Assembly (NCBI GenBank): GCA_042408215.1
Contig: JAYFMW010000007.1
Span: 32,001 to 96,000 of the forward strand
DNA length: 64,000 nt
Reading direction: 5' to 3'
Origin: Microcoleus sp.
GTDB lineage: Bacteria; Cyanobacteriota; Cyanobacteriia; Cyanobacteriales; Microcoleaceae
In this document: piece after piece, positions 42,531 to 53,410 of the stretch
Numbering within the stretch: the stretch's first letter is position 1
How the letters are laid out: each line of letters begins with the position of its first letter
The notes under the pieces: generated by a model
The model's input: the letters and a program-made list of their open reading frames with translations, nothing else
Told to the model about the DNA's origin: nothing
Database searches by the model: none
Made by a program: the position numbers and the translations under genes

Positions 42531-43400
42531 ATGGCAACAAACCTTTCTATTTCTACGATCAAAAATCCGGTAACGTTCATTCTGAATCAGGTTCAGAAAA
42601 ATCGCAAAAAAATTATCCGTCCCTTAGTCGCGATCGCAGTTCTGCTCGTAATCTGGCAAATCCTCTGCCACAGTCCAGAGTCCTCTTTACCCGGCCCGAT
42701 TAAAGTTGTTCAAGAAAGCTGGAATCTGATTATCAATCCCTTTTTCGATAACGGTGGCACCGACAAAGGCTTATTTTGGCAACTTGCAGCCAGCTTACAG
42801 CGGGTGGCGATCGGCTTTACTCTAGCAGCAGTTCTTGGCATTGGTTTAGGAATATTAATTGGCACAAACTCTTTGATGTTTGATGCTTTAGACCCGCTGT
42901 TTCAAGTATTCAGAACTATCCCGCCACTGGCTTGGCTGCCGATCGCCCTGGCAGTATTTCAACAGTTTAATCCCTTTGAAGCGCTGGGGATGAAAGCTAA
43001 CGAAGTTTCAGCACTTTTCGTAATCTTGATTACAGCAATTTGGCCGATTCTAATTAACACTACAGTAGGCGTTCAACAAATACCCCAAGACTACAGAAAC
43101 GTCGCCCGCGTATTGCGTCTACCCAACCAAAAATACTTCTGGAAAATTTTGCTTCCGTCTTCAGTGCCTTACATCTTCACAGGTTTGAGAATCGGCATCG
43201 GTTTGTCTTGGCTGGCGATTGTAGCTGCGGAAATGTTGGTCGGCGGCGTTGGTATCGGCTTCTTCATCTGGGATGCTTACAACAGTTCTCGACTCAGCGC
43301 CGTGATTCTGGCTGTGCTTTATGTAGGAATTGTCGGTTTGATTCTAGACAGACTTGTAGGTTTCATCGCCTCCAAAGTTGTTCCTGAAGAACAGAAATAG
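42531..43400 (+). CDS. nrtB: Nitrate ABC transporter permease
   Basis: ASLQRV, RTIPPLAWLP, WLAIVAAEM. Confidence 0.95.
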   Translation: MATNLSISTIKNPVTFILNQVQKNRKKIIRPLVAIAVLLVIWQILCHSPESSLPGPIKVVQESWNLIINPFFDNGGTDKGLFWQLAASLQRVAIGFTLAAVLGIGLGILIGTNSLMFDALDPLFQVFRTIPPLAWLPIALAVFQQFNPFEALGMKANEVSALFVILITAIWPILINTTVGVQQIPQDYRNVARVLRLPNQKYFWKILLPSSVPYIFTGLRIGIGLSWLAIVAAEMLVGGVGIGFFIWDAYNSSRLSAVILAVLYVGIVGLILDRLVGFIASKVVPEEQK

Positions 43401-43600
43401 AATTTGGGCATGGGGCATGGGGCATGGGGCATAGGGCATGGTTGATCGGTAATCGGTAATCGGTAATGAGTTATTGGAACTAACAAATAACTAATTCGCA
43501 ATGCCCAATGCCCAATGCCCAATGCCCAATTCCCAATGCCCAATGCCCAATTCCCAATTAATAATTACCATCTACAAAGTAAAAACTACCCTAAAAAATT

Positions 43601-45637
43601 ATGTCAGTATTTGTTGAAGTAGACCACGTAGACCGCGTATTTAACTTACCCAATGGTGAGCAATATATCGCGCTCAAAAACATTGAACTCAAGATTAAAA
43701 AGGGAGAATTTATCTCCTTAATCGGACACTCCGGCTGTGGAAAATCGACACTGTTAAATATCATCGCCGGACTAGATCAAGCAACTCAGGGCGGGATTAC
43801 TCTAGAAGGGCGCGAAGTCCGCGAGCCCGGCCCCGATCGCATGGTAGTGTTTCAAAATTACTCCCTGCTTCCTTGGCTGACAGTTCGCGAAAATATTGCT
43901 CTAGCAGTCGATGAAATCTATAGAGATATCTCTCAAGAAGACCGCGACTTGATTATCGAACACCACATCGCCTTAGTCGGACTGCGACAAGCCGCCGACA
44001 AACGTCCGGGGGAAATTTCTGGGGGGATGAAACAAAGAGTTGCGATCGGCCGCGCCCTCGCCATCCGCCCCAAATTGCTGTTGCTAGACGAACCCTTCGG
44101 CGCATTGGATGCTTTAACCCGTGGCGGCTTACAAGACCAGTTGATGAAAATTTGCGAAGAAAGCAAAGTAACAGGCGTGATGGTAACGCACGACGTTGAC
44201 GAAGCCTTGCTGCTGAGCGATCGCATCGTCATGCTAACCAACGGCCCCGAAGCGCAAATCGGGCAAATCCTCGAAGTCAACATCCCCCGCCCCCGCAAAC
44301 GGATGGAAGTAGTCAACCACCCCAGTTACTACGCCCTACGCAACGAAATGGTTTACTTCCTCAACCAGCAAAAACGAGTCAAACAGCGCCGCGCAGCACA
44401 ACAAAAAGCTCCAGCGGTAGTTGTCGCCCGCAACGGCTTGGAAAAAGTCAACCTCGATATCGGCTTTGTTCCCCTCACCGACTGCGCCCCCTTAGTCGTA
44501 GCTAAAGAAAAAGGATTTTTCAAAGCCCACGGCTTAGAAGAAATCACCCTCAGCCGCGAACCTAGCTGGAAAACGATCGCCCAAGGAGTAGCCCAAGGAC
44601 GGCTGGACGCAGCCCAAATGGTCGCAGGAATGCCGATCGCCATGCTGCTAGGTCTCGACGGAGAAGCCCCTGTTCCCGTCTGTAGCGCCCTTACCCTGTC
44701 CCGGAATGGCAATTCGATTGTTTTCGGCAAACAGCTCTACAACGCAGGTATTCGGACGCTGGCAGATTTCAAAGAGGCGATCGCCAGAACCCCCGATAAA
44801 GTTCACACCTTGGGTATGGTACACTCGGCCTCGATGCACAACCTGCTGTTCCGCTACTGGCTGGCATCCGGCGGCATCGACCCCGACCTCGACGTGGGCT
44901 TGACCGTGATTCCGCCCCCGCAGATGGTATCCAATTTAAAAGCAGGTAATATTGACGGCTACTGCGCCGGCGAGCCCTGGAATTCCCGCGCTGTCAACGA
45001 CGGTACGGGTTTTGTGATGGCTCGTTCCCTGGACATTCTCCCCGGACATATCGAAAAAGTTCTGGGTGTTACGGAAGAGTGGGCTCAGCTATATCCCAAA
45101 ACTCACGTCGCCCTGGTGAAAGCTTTGGTCGAAGCTTGCGATTACTGCGACGATCGCCGTAACCGCCAAGAAATACTAGAATTGATTGGCAAGGAACAAT
45201 ACATTGGTGCAGATCCCAAGGACATCCGTCCGGGTTTCCTTGACCCTTACAACTCCGGTACTGATGCGAAACCGGAAATGCTCTACAACTTCAATCAGTT
45301 CTACGTTGACAAAACCAATTGTCCAGACCGCCTGGAAATGGTGTGGGTGATGGCGCAAATGGCCCGCTGGGGACTGATTCCATTCCCGAAAAACTGGGTG
45401 GAAGTGGTCGATCGAGTTTTGCGACCCGACGTGTTCGGTCAAGCAGTCCGCGAACTGGGTTTACCTGATATTCCCAGAATTCGCCGCAGTATCGAGCTAT
45501 TTGACGGCGCTCTCTTCAGTCTAGACGACCCGATCGGCTATTTAGAAAATGTCAAAATCAAACACGACCTCCGCATAGAAGAAATCTTAATTGAGAAGAT
45601 AGGTAGTCAGTGTTCAATTAGACAGCCCGCAGCATAA
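43601..45637 (+). CDS. nrtC: Nitrate ABC transporter ATPase with NrtA-like regulatory domain
   Basis: GHSGCGKST, SGGMKQR, DEPFGALD; C-domain GFVPLTDCAP. Confidence 0.95.
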   Translation: MSVFVEVDHVDRVFNLPNGEQYIALKNIELKIKKGEFISLIGHSGCGKSTLLNIIAGLDQATQGGITLEGREVREPGPDRMVVFQNYSLLPWLTVRENIALAVDEIYRDISQEDRDLIIEHHIALVGLRQAADKRPGEISGGMKQRVAIGRALAIRPKLLLLDEPFGALDALTRGGLQDQLMKICEESKVTGVMVTHDVDEALLLSDRIVMLTNGPEAQIGQILEVNIPRPRKRMEVVNHPSYYALRNEMVYFLNQQKRVKQRRAAQQKAPAVVVARNGLEKVNLDIGFVPLTDCAPLVVAKEKGFFKAHGLEEITLSREPSWKTIAQGVAQGRLDAAQMVAGMPIAMLLGLDGEAPVPVCSALTLSRNGNSIVFGKQLYNAGIRTLADFKEAIARTPDKVHTLGMVHSASMHNLLFRYWLASGGIDPDLDVGLTVIPPPQMVSNLKAGNIDGYCAGEPWNSRAVNDGTGFVMARSLDILPGHIEKVLGVTEEWAQLYPKTHVALVKALVEACDYCDDRRNRQEILELIGKEQYIGADPKDIRPGFLDPYNSGTDAKPEMLYNFNQFYVDKTNCPDRLEMVWVMAQMARWGLIPFPKNWVEVVDRVLRPDVFGQAVRELGLPDIPRIRRSIELFDGALFSLDDPIGYLENVKIKHDLRIEEILIEKIGSQCSIRQPAA

Positions 45638-45833
45638 TTAGGAAGTCATTAGTCATTAGTCAGTAGTCATTAGTCATTAGTCATTGGTCATTAGTCATTA
45701 GTCATTAGTTACCGATGCCCGATGCCCTATGAGGCCGATGCCCATTCTCCAACTCAAAACTCAAAACTCGTGCACTATTCTCTTCTCCTCTCCCATGCCT
45801 AATTCCCCAACCCCTAACCCCAACTCCGAAAAT

Positions 45834-47735
45834 ATGCAAACCCTCAAGAATCAAAAAACAACTAAATCTGTAGGTGACACCGCCACAGCTACCAAACCTT
45901 TTCTATCTATTAAAGATGTATCGAAAGTCTACGAAAATCCTAAAGACCCCGAACAACCTTTCGTAATTCTCGATGGTGTAAACCTCCAGATTAATGAAGG
46001 CGAATTTATTTGCTTGATTGGTCACTCCGGCTGTGGCAAATCTACTTTGCTCAACATGATCGCCGGATTCAATGGGCCTACAGACGGAGAGGTTGCACTC
46101 GAAGGTTCGCGGATTACTGAACCAGGCCCCGATCGCATGGTAGTGTTTCAAAATTACTCCCTGCTGCCTTGGCTGACTGCTACTGAAAACATCCACCTCG
46201 GCGTTGAAACTGTTTACGCCGAAAAGTCCCCAGAGGAACACAATGCGATCGTTCAGCAACACCTGGAATTGGTGGGACTTACCGAAGCTTGCAACAAAAG
46301 GCCAGGCCAATTGTCCGGGGGGATGAAACAGCGGGTGGCGATCGCCCGTGCCCTAGCAACTCGCCCCAAACTGTTGATTTTAGACGAACCCTTCGGAGCT
46401 CTAGATCCAATTACGCGGGAAGAGTTGCAGGAAGAATTACTCAAAATTTGGCGGGAGTACAAAATTACCGTCATCATGATTACTCACGATATCGATGAGG
46501 CTTTGTTCTTGGCCGATCGCATCGTGATGATGACCAACGGCCCCTCTGCTAGCATCGGCGAAGATATGCACATTCCCTTCAGTCGTCCCCGCAACCGCAC
46601 GCGGATGATGGAAGATCCGAAATACTACGAACTGCGGAACTTTGCTTTAGAGTTCTTGTTCTCTCGCTACGCCCACACAGACGGCGACGAAGAAACCGAA
46701 ACCGCCCTCCCACCCTTGCCAGAATCAGCCCTCAGACCCGCCCCTGTTCCTGCGGCACCGTCGAGAACCAACTTCGCGCCGGCATCATTTGTGCCTCACG
46801 CTTCCCAACCCTCAGAAGCATCACGGATCAAAGGTGGGGTGCTAGGAGTATCTTGGTTATTCGCGATGTCTGTTTTGGCTGCTGTCAATATGTCTGTTGT
46901 TTCCAGCCAACAAAAGCAAAAATTAGCAGAAGCTGCACCGAGTGCGCCGGCTGCGGTGATTAGTTCTCCTCCCACTCCGGCTGCACCAACTGCTACGGCG
47001 ACAACTGCACCAACTGCTGCGGCGACAACTGCACCAACTGCTGCGGCGACAACTGCACCAACTGCTGCGACTACAACTGCACCAACTGCTGCGACTACAA
47101 CTGCACCAATCCCTACGGCGACAACTGCACCAACTGCTGCGGCGACAACTGCACCAATCCCTACGGCGACAACTGCACCAATCCCTACGGCGACAACTGC
47201 ACCAATCCCTACGGCGACAACTGCACCAATCCCTACGGCGACAACTGCACCAATCCCTACGGCGACAACTGCACCAATCCCTACGACTACAACTGCACCA
47301 ACTGCTGCGGCTACAACTGCACCAACTGCTGCGGCTACAACTGCACCAACTGCTGCGGCTACAACTGCACCAACTGCTGCGGCTACAACTGCACCAACTG
47401 CTGCGGCTACAACCGATGCTACTACCTCAGAGATTGCGGACAAAGCCCAACTCGACGCGATCGGCAAAAATTTGTATACACAAATTGACCAAAGTTGGAG
47501 CACAACTCCCACCTTTACCGAAAGTTTGACTTATCGAGTCAAAGTTCAGCAAAACGGCGACATCGTGCAGTTCGAGCCTACAAATCAAGCAGCTAAAGAT
47601 TTCCTCCAAGAAACTCCTCTGCCAGTTTTGCAAATTCCTGCCGGTACCCCAGCAGGTGCTGAAAAAACTGCTGAATTTCAAGTAACTTTTAGCCCCAGCA
47701 ATGGCGGCAAATTAGAAGTTAAAACTGGGAAATAG
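45834..47735 (+). CDS. nrtD: NrtD ATPase fused to TM helix, Thr/Ala/Pro repeat linker and C-terminal globular domain
   Basis: ABC motifs up to about 46675, then about 350 extra in-frame codons. Confidence 0.9.
   Translation: MQTLKNQKTTKSVGDTATATKPFLSIKDVSKVYENPKDPEQPFVILDGVNLQINEGEFICLIGHSGCGKSTLLNMIAGFNGPTDGEVALEGSRITEPGPDRMVVFQNYSLLPWLTATENIHLGVETVYAEKSPEEHNAIVQQHLELVGLTEACNKRPGQLSGGMKQRVAIARALATRPKLLILDEPFGALDPITREELQEELLKIWREYKITVIMITHDIDEALFLADRIVMMTNGPSASIGEDMHIPFSRPRNRTRMMEDPKYYELRNFALEFLFSRYAHTDGDEETETALPPLPESALRPAPVPAAPSRTNFAPASFVPHASQPSEASRIKGGVLGVSWLFAMSVLAAVNMSVVSSQQKQKLAEAAPSAPAAVISSPPTPAAPTATATTAPTAAATTAPTAAATTAPTAATTTAPTAATTTAPIPTATTAPTAAATTAPIPTATTAPIPTATTAPIPTATTAPIPTATTAPIPTATTAPIPTTTTAPTAAATTAPTAAATTAPTAAATTAPTAAATTAPTAAATTDATTSEIADKAQLDAIGKNLYTQIDQSWSTTPTFTESLTYRVKVQQNGDIVQFEPTNQAAKDFLQETPLPVLQIPAGTPAGAEKTAEFQVTFSPSNGGKLEVKTGK
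46981..47412 (+). repeat. Coding 24-bp tandem repeat, 18 copies (APTAAATT/APIPTATT)
   Basis: CTGCACCAA recurs every 24 bp. Confidence 0.92.
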
Positions 47736-47907
47736 CTAATTGGCACTCTTGGCGCTGTGCAAGGAAAGAAACGCCTAACCCCTGACATGGGGCCGGCGGA
47801 GAGTCAAACATCGGTCAAAACCCTGTTGATCTTTCGCTGACATCCAAGTCTCGATCGCCCTCCCATCCCCCGGAAATTGGAAAAAATAAGCATCTATAAA
47901 TTAGGAA

Positions 47908-50091
47908 ATGGAAACTCAAAAAACTCTTTGCCCTTACTGCGGTGTAGGTTGTGGTCTAGAAATTGTTCCCGACAAAAACCAAGGTTGGAAAGTCCGGGGC
48001 GATCGCCACCACCCATCGAGTCAAGGCATGGTTTGTGTGAAGGGAGCAACGGTAGCAGAGTCAATTCGCACCGATCGACTGCTTTATCCGATGATGCGGG
48101 ATACTCTCGACCAACCCTTCCGTCGCGCTAGCTGGGACGAAGCATTAGATGCGATCGTCAACCGCATCCAAACAATTCGCAGCACTAGCGGCCCCGATGC
48201 TATATGCGTTTATGGTTCCGGTCAATTCGTCACTGAAGATTATTATGTTGCCCAAAAACTGGTGAAAGGTTGTCTGGGAACTAATAATTTTGATGCCAAT
48301 TCTCGATTGTGTATGTCTTCAGCAGTTTCGGGATACGTTCAAAGTTTTGGTGCTGACGGGCCGCCTTGTTGTTACGACGATTTAGAATTAACAGATTGCG
48401 CTTTTATTATTGGTAGCAATACAGCAGAATGTCATCCAATTGTTTTTAATCGCTTAGCAAAATACCATAAAAAGAATCAAAATGTCAAGATGATTGTGGT
48501 AGATCCGAGGCGGACTCCGACTGCGGAAGCGGCGGATTTGCACTTGGCAATCAAACCAGGTACGGATATAGACTTGCTTAATGGAATTGCATATTTGTTG
48601 TTGCAAAGCGAAAGCATAGATCCAAAATTTATTCAGGAATCCACGGTTAATTTCGAGGATTTTGTTGAAGTTGTCAACAGCTATACGCCGGAATTGGTAG
48701 CCTCGCGCTGTGGCATTTCTGTGGGGGACTTGGAAACAGCGGCAAATTATTGGCAACAGTCGCAGCGGGTTTTGTCTCTGTGGTCGATGGGAATGAACCA
48801 GTCCTCCGAAGGCACGGCAAAGGTGCGATCGCTCATTAATTTGCACTTGATGACCGGTCAAATCGGCAAACCGGGATGCGGCCCGTTTTCCCTCACAGGC
48901 CAGCCAAACGCGATGGGAGGGCGGGAAGCGGGGGGACTTTCTCAGTTATTACCGGGATATCGATCGGTGAAAAATGCCGAACACAGAGCCGAAGTCGAGC
49001 AGTTTTGGGGCATTGCACCGGGAAGCATTTCAGAATATCCGGGCCGCACGGCTTGGGATATGATCGCCGGTTTGGAAACAGGCGAGGTAGAGATGCTGTG
49101 GATTGCAGCTACCAATCCAGCGGTAAGTATGCCGGATTTGGAACGGACAAAAGCGGCTTTGTTGCGATCGCCCTTTACCATATATCAAGAAGCTTACGAT
49201 CCAACGGAAACCTCGGCCTACGCTCACATCCTCTTGCCGGCAACGCAGTGGAGTGAAAAAACCGGAGTGATGACGAATTCGGAACGTCGCGTTACCCTTT
49301 GTATGGGTTTCGACACTCCTTCAGGAGAAGCCCGCGACGACTGTCACATTTTCGCCGAGGTGGGGCGCAGGTTGGGTTTTGCCGAACAGTTTGCTTTCGA
49401 GAACAGTGCTGACATCTACCAAGAGTTCGTGCAGTTGACGCGGGGCCGGCCTTGCGACGTGACCGGCCTGAGCCACGAATACTTGCGCCAAGAAGGTCCG
49501 CAGCAGTGGCCTTGTCGGGAAAATGAGCCAAAACATCCGGCGAAAGAAGCCAAACGGCTTTACACTGACGGGCGTTTCCACACGGACGACGGGCGGGCCA
49601 GATTTGCAGCTCATCATTCCCGTGGACTAGCCGAACCTCCCGATCCGAATTATCCGTTTGTGCTGACGACGGGCAGGGTTTATGGACACTGGCACACGAT
49701 GACGCGCACCGGTAGAACTGACAAAATTAATCAATTACACCCCGATCCTTTTTTGGAAATTCACCCGCGAGATGCTGCCAAATTAAAGATTAAGGAGGGG
49801 GATTTGCTGGAAGTTCGATCGCGCCGCGGCAAGTCGCAGTTTCCGGCAAAAATTACTAAGGCGATCGTCCCTGGTACACTATTTGTACCCATGCACTGGG
49901 GTTCTCTGTGGGCAGAAGGTGCTGAAGCCAACGCCATGACTCACCCTGAACGTTGTCCCGATTCTAAACAGCCGGAGTTAAAAGCTTGTGCGGTGCATTT
50001 GGTGCTGGTTGGGGCAGAAATTGATTCAGAAGTTGGGGCAGAAGTTGACGAGTTTAATTGGGCGAAATCCACCGTCGCGGTCATTTCTTGA
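47908..50091 (+). CDS. narB: Ferredoxin-nitrate reductase
   Basis: [41 protein letters not shown]. Confidence 0.96.
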   Translation: METQKTLCPYCGVGCGLEIVPDKNQGWKVRGDRHHPSSQGMVCVKGATVAESIRTDRLLYPMMRDTLDQPFRRASWDEALDAIVNRIQTIRSTSGPDAICVYGSGQFVTEDYYVAQKLVKGCLGTNNFDANSRLCMSSAVSGYVQSFGADGPPCCYDDLELTDCAFIIGSNTAECHPIVFNRLAKYHKKNQNVKMIVVDPRRTPTAEAADLHLAIKPGTDIDLLNGIAYLLLQSESIDPKFIQESTVNFEDFVEVVNSYTPELVASRCGISVGDLETAANYWQQSQRVLSLWSMGMNQSSEGTAKVRSLINLHLMTGQIGKPGCGPFSLTGQPNAMGGREAGGLSQLLPGYRSVKNAEHRAEVEQFWGIAPGSISEYPGRTAWDMIAGLETGEVEMLWIAATNPAVSMPDLERTKAALLRSPFTIYQEAYDPTETSAYAHILLPATQWSEKTGVMTNSERRVTLCMGFDTPSGEARDDCHIFAEVGRRLGFAEQFAFENSADIYQEFVQLTRGRPCDVTGLSHEYLRQEGPQQWPCRENEPKHPAKEAKRLYTDGRFHTDDGRARFAAHHSRGLAEPPDPNYPFVLTTGRVYGHWHTMTRTGRTDKINQLHPDPFLEIHPRDAAKLKIKEGDLLEVRSRRGKSQFPAKITKAIVPGTLFVPMHWGSLWAEGAEANAMTHPERCPDSKQPELKACAVHLVLVGAEIDSEVGAEVDEFNWAKSTVAVIS

Positions 50092-50414
50092 GCTGGCTTC
50101 CCACTTGCGACCGATTCCCAGGCTGTTCCTACGGATTTGCGTTCCCACGCAAGAGCCTCGGCATGAAAAACGTAAATTTTTTTTAAGCGTTTTTCCTTCT
50201 TTCTTATGGGTTTTTCCTTCTTCCTTCTTCCTTCTTCCTTCTTCCTTCTTCCTTCTTCCCTCCTTTGAGTCGATCGATCTCACCAAACAATTGCAGTATG
50301 CATAAACAGGTGCTATGATCTACCCATAAGGCTTATTTTCGGTAGTATAGTTCGTTCGATCGGCGTTCCTCCGGATTTAATTCTCTACACCCCTCTGATT
50401 CTGGAGAATGTTCA

Positions 50415-50720
50415 ATGTCAATCTATGTCGGCAATTTATCCTACGAAGTTACGCAGGAACACCTCAGCCAAACTTTTGGAGAATACGGCACTGTCAAACG
50501 CATTCAGTTACCTGCTGACCGCGAAACTGGTCGGATGCGTGGCTTCGCTTTCGTAGAAATGTCTACTGAAGCAGAAGAAGCGGCAGCCATTGAAGCACTT
50601 GACGGTGCTGAGTGGATGGGTCGCGACCTCAAGGTCAATAAAGCTAAGCCCCGCGAGGACCGAGGTCCTTCTAACAGCGGTAACTGGGGAAACAACGATC
50701 GCTCTTCTCGCCGCTACTAA
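50415..50720 (+). CDS. RRM RNA-binding protein (Rbp family)
   Basis: IYVGNL (RNP2), RGFAFVEM (RNP1). Confidence 0.95.
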   Translation: MSIYVGNLSYEVTQEHLSQTFGEYGTVKRIQLPADRETGRMRGFAFVEMSTEAEEAAAIEALDGAEWMGRDLKVNKAKPREDRGPSNSGNWGNNDRSSRRY

Positions 50721-50829
50721 ATCACAGAAGCGAAATTTTTAGCTTGACTGTGGGTTTACAGGGGTTGAGCGAGGAGTAAATAATATTTCTCGGTTGAGAA
50801 TAATTTATCAGGCGATCGCACCCCTTCTT

Positions 50830-50871
50830 AAAAGCCTCAAAGTATTGTATAGCAATAGTTTGAGGCTTTTT
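50830..50871 (+). terminator. Probable intrinsic terminator
   Basis: AAAAGCCTCAAA...TTTGAGGCTTTTT. Confidence 0.65.
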
Positions 50872-50936
50872 AATGTCAAAATTTTCTCAATTTACAGTCA
50901 ATACACATCAGCATGATATGATGCACCTACTGCTGT

Positions 50937-51455
50937 ATGCAGGAGAGCAATTTTAAATTTTTATCAAACGTAAATTCCTCCTATTTGACAACTATGCTTT
51001 TCAGAAAATTAGGTCGGCAAATTAATAAGTTAGGCACTGAGGAACAATTTCTACATTTTCTAGAAAGCATAGAAGTAATAATATCTAAAATTTTATCGCT
51101 GGCGATGGTGATGGTAATTATCGTCAGCGTTTGCGATTTAATAATTTTTTTAGCGAGAGAATTATTTAACTCTCCTCAGACTCTATTAAAAGACACGTTA
51201 TTCGTCATATTTGGATTGTTTTTAAATGTTTTAATTGCTCTGGAAATCTTGGAAAATATTACAGCTTATCTCAAAAAGCACGTCATTCAAGTAGAGTTAG
51301 TTATCGTAACTTCTTTGATCGCCGTATCTAGGAAAATCATTATTCTAGATTTGGAAAAGAAAACCGCAGCCGATTTGATTGGTTTGTCTATTGCAATTTT
51401 CTCCCTTTCCATCAGTTACTTGATAGTGCGACAGACAAATAAAGGAAATAATTGA
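50937..51455 (+). CDS. PsiE-family membrane protein
   Basis: [26 protein letters not shown]; start uncertain. Confidence 0.82.
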   Translation: MQESNFKFLSNVNSSYLTTMLFRKLGRQINKLGTEEQFLHFLESIEVIISKILSLAMVMVIIVSVCDLIIFLARELFNSPQTLLKDTLFVIFGLFLNVLIALEILENITAYLKKHVIQVELVIVTSLIAVSRKIIILDLEKKTAADLIGLSIAIFSLSISYLIVRQTNKGNN

Positions 51456-51456
51456 T

Positions 51457-51686
51457 ATTGGGAATTGGTCATGGGGAATGGGGAATTGGTAATGGGGAAT
51501 TGGGAATCGGGAATGGGGAATCGGGAATGGGGAATGGGAAATTGGAAATTGGGAATTGGTAACTAATGACAACTGACAACTGACAACTGACAACAGACAA
51601 CAGTCAACAGTCAACAGTCAACAGTCAACAGTCAACAGTCAACAGTCAACAGTCAACAGTCAACAGTCAACAGTCAACAGTCAACT
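51457..51686. repeat. Heptamer STRR arrays (GGGAATT/G, ACAACTG, CAGTCAA)
   Basis: Tandem 7-mers between convergent genes. Confidence 0.9.
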
Positions 51687-51724
51687 AACAGAAGCAGATG
51701 AAGTTTGCAGACAATTCCTTAACT

Positions 51725-52363
51725 TTAATCCAACAAACCAAAAGGAGGCAAAATTTCAATTCGACCTTTTTCTAAATCAACAATTGGAACTATCTCTTTC
51801 ACAAAAGGAATCAAAACCTTTTTAGTTTGCGGTTGTTTAACGCGGGGGGTTTTGCGTTTTTTGCGACGACTATCTTTGTGTTCAACTTCTAAAGAGACAG
51901 TTTCTGGCTGTTCTGGTTCTGCGGCGACTGTTTCCGGCTGCGTTTGATTTAATTCAACCTCTAAAAGGTCGTTCCCTGCGGGGATAATAGCACTTACTTT
52001 ACCCAAGATTTCTCCTGTCAATTGGTTGAAGACTTCCATACCAAACAAATCTTGCACGTAAAATTCATCGGGTTCGAGGTAAGGTCGTGAGCCTTTTTCT
52101 ACAAACAGTTTACAGCCTCGTAGCGCCTCAGCACCCTCGCGGTCTTCCACCCCTTCTATCTCTACAGCATACAATCCTTTGCCCGGAATGTAGCGACCTC
52201 CCAAAAATTCGATCGGTTCCGGTTCTTTTTTATTAGGGAACAACAGCCACCGCTTCCCCGGTTCGATAAACCTTTCCGGGAAATCGGAATCGGGATAGAC
52301 TCGCACTTCCCCGTATAAACCTTGAGCTGCTACAATTGTACCGATTTCTATCCATTCAGACAT
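51725..52363 (-). CDS. rimM: Ribosome maturation factor RimM
   Basis: IGTIVAAQGLYGEVRV, EFYVQDL, AGNDLL, LIPFVKEIV. Confidence 0.95.
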   Translation of the reverse strand: MSEWIEIGTIVAAQGLYGEVRVYPDSDFPERFIEPGKRWLLFPNKKEPEPIEFLGGRYIPGKGLYAVEIEGVEDREGAEALRGCKLFVEKGSRPYLEPDEFYVQDLFGMEVFNQLTGEILGKVSAIIPAGNDLLEVELNQTQPETVAAEPEQPETVSLEVEHKDSRRKKRKTPRVKQPQTKKVLIPFVKEIVPIVDLEKGRIEILPPFGLLD

Positions 52364-52471
52364 ATATTCTAATTATTGGTAATTGGGAATTGGGAATTGG
52401 GCATCGGGAATTGCTAATTGGTAGTAAATAACAAATAACCAATAACAAATAACCAATAACCAATAACTACT

Positions 52472-53104
52472 TTACACCAATCCGGTTCTAAGCGCTACAA
52501 CGGCTGCTTGCACACGGTCATCTACTGCCAACTTATTCATAATACCGCGAACGTGGGTTTTTATCGTATTTGGACTGAGATAAAGGGCGGCTGCAATCTC
52601 AGGATTGCTATAACCTTCAACCATTAATTTTAACACCTCCAATTCCCGCTGCGACAATTGACCGAAAGTGGTTGCAGATGCAGCTACCGGGGGTTTGAGA
52701 TGATCGATAACAGTCCGGGCAATTTGAGGATCGAGATATGTCGCCCCCTCCGCTGCTGCTGCGATCGCAGCTAACAACCTATCCACAGAAGCACCTTTGA
52801 TACAATAAGCATCGGCACCGCTAGAAAGAGCAGCAATAATTTCAGTTTCTGCCGTGTGGGAAGTTAACATTACTACTCGTACTTCAGGCAGTTTTGCTTT
52901 AATTTGTTGCGTCGCTGCTATACCGTCCAAGCGCGGCAAACCGATATCCATCACAATAAGATCAGGTTTGAGTTTTAGTGCGGCTGCTACACCTAAATAG
53001 CCGTCTTCTGCTTGTCCTACTATTTCTATTTCTGGACAATCTGCTAAAACTTGCTCTAATCCCAGTTGCATCATTGGGTCATCTTCAACAATTAAAATTC
53101 TCAT
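52472..53104 (-). CDS. NarL/LuxR-family response regulator
   Basis: [28 protein letters not shown]. Confidence 0.93.
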   Translation of the reverse strand: MRILIVEDDPMMQLGLEQVLADCPEIEIVGQAEDGYLGVAAALKLKPDLIVMDIGLPRLDGIAATQQIKAKLPEVRVVMLTSHTAETEIIAALSSGADAYCIKGASVDRLLAAIAAAAEGATYLDPQIARTVIDHLKPPVAASATTFGQLSQRELEVLKLMVEGYSNPEIAAALYLSPNTIKTHVRGIMNKLAVDDRVQAAVVALRTGLV

Positions 53105-53109
53105 AATTA

Positions 53110-53410
53110 ATTGGGAATTGGGCATTGGGAATTGGGCATTGGGCATTGGGCATTGGGCATTGGGCATTGGGCATTGGAAGCAACCAATAACAAATAACAA
53201 ATAACCAATAACAAATAACTAATGACTACTGACTACTGACTAATGACTACTGACTAATTACTACTGACTACTGACTACTGACTACTGACTACTGACTAAT
53301 GACTAATGACTAATGACTAATGACTACTGACTACTGACTACTGACTACTGACTACTGACTACTGACTACTGACTACTGACTACTGACTACTGACTACTGA
53401 CTACTGACTA
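53110..53410. repeat. Heptamer STRR arrays (TTGGGCA; GACTACT about 25 copies)
   Basis: Tandem 7-mers running into the moeA stop codon. Confidence 0.9.

Noticed and set aside
46796..47512. 238-aa Ala/Val/Gly ORF
   Set aside because: Antisense shadow of the nrtD coding repeat.
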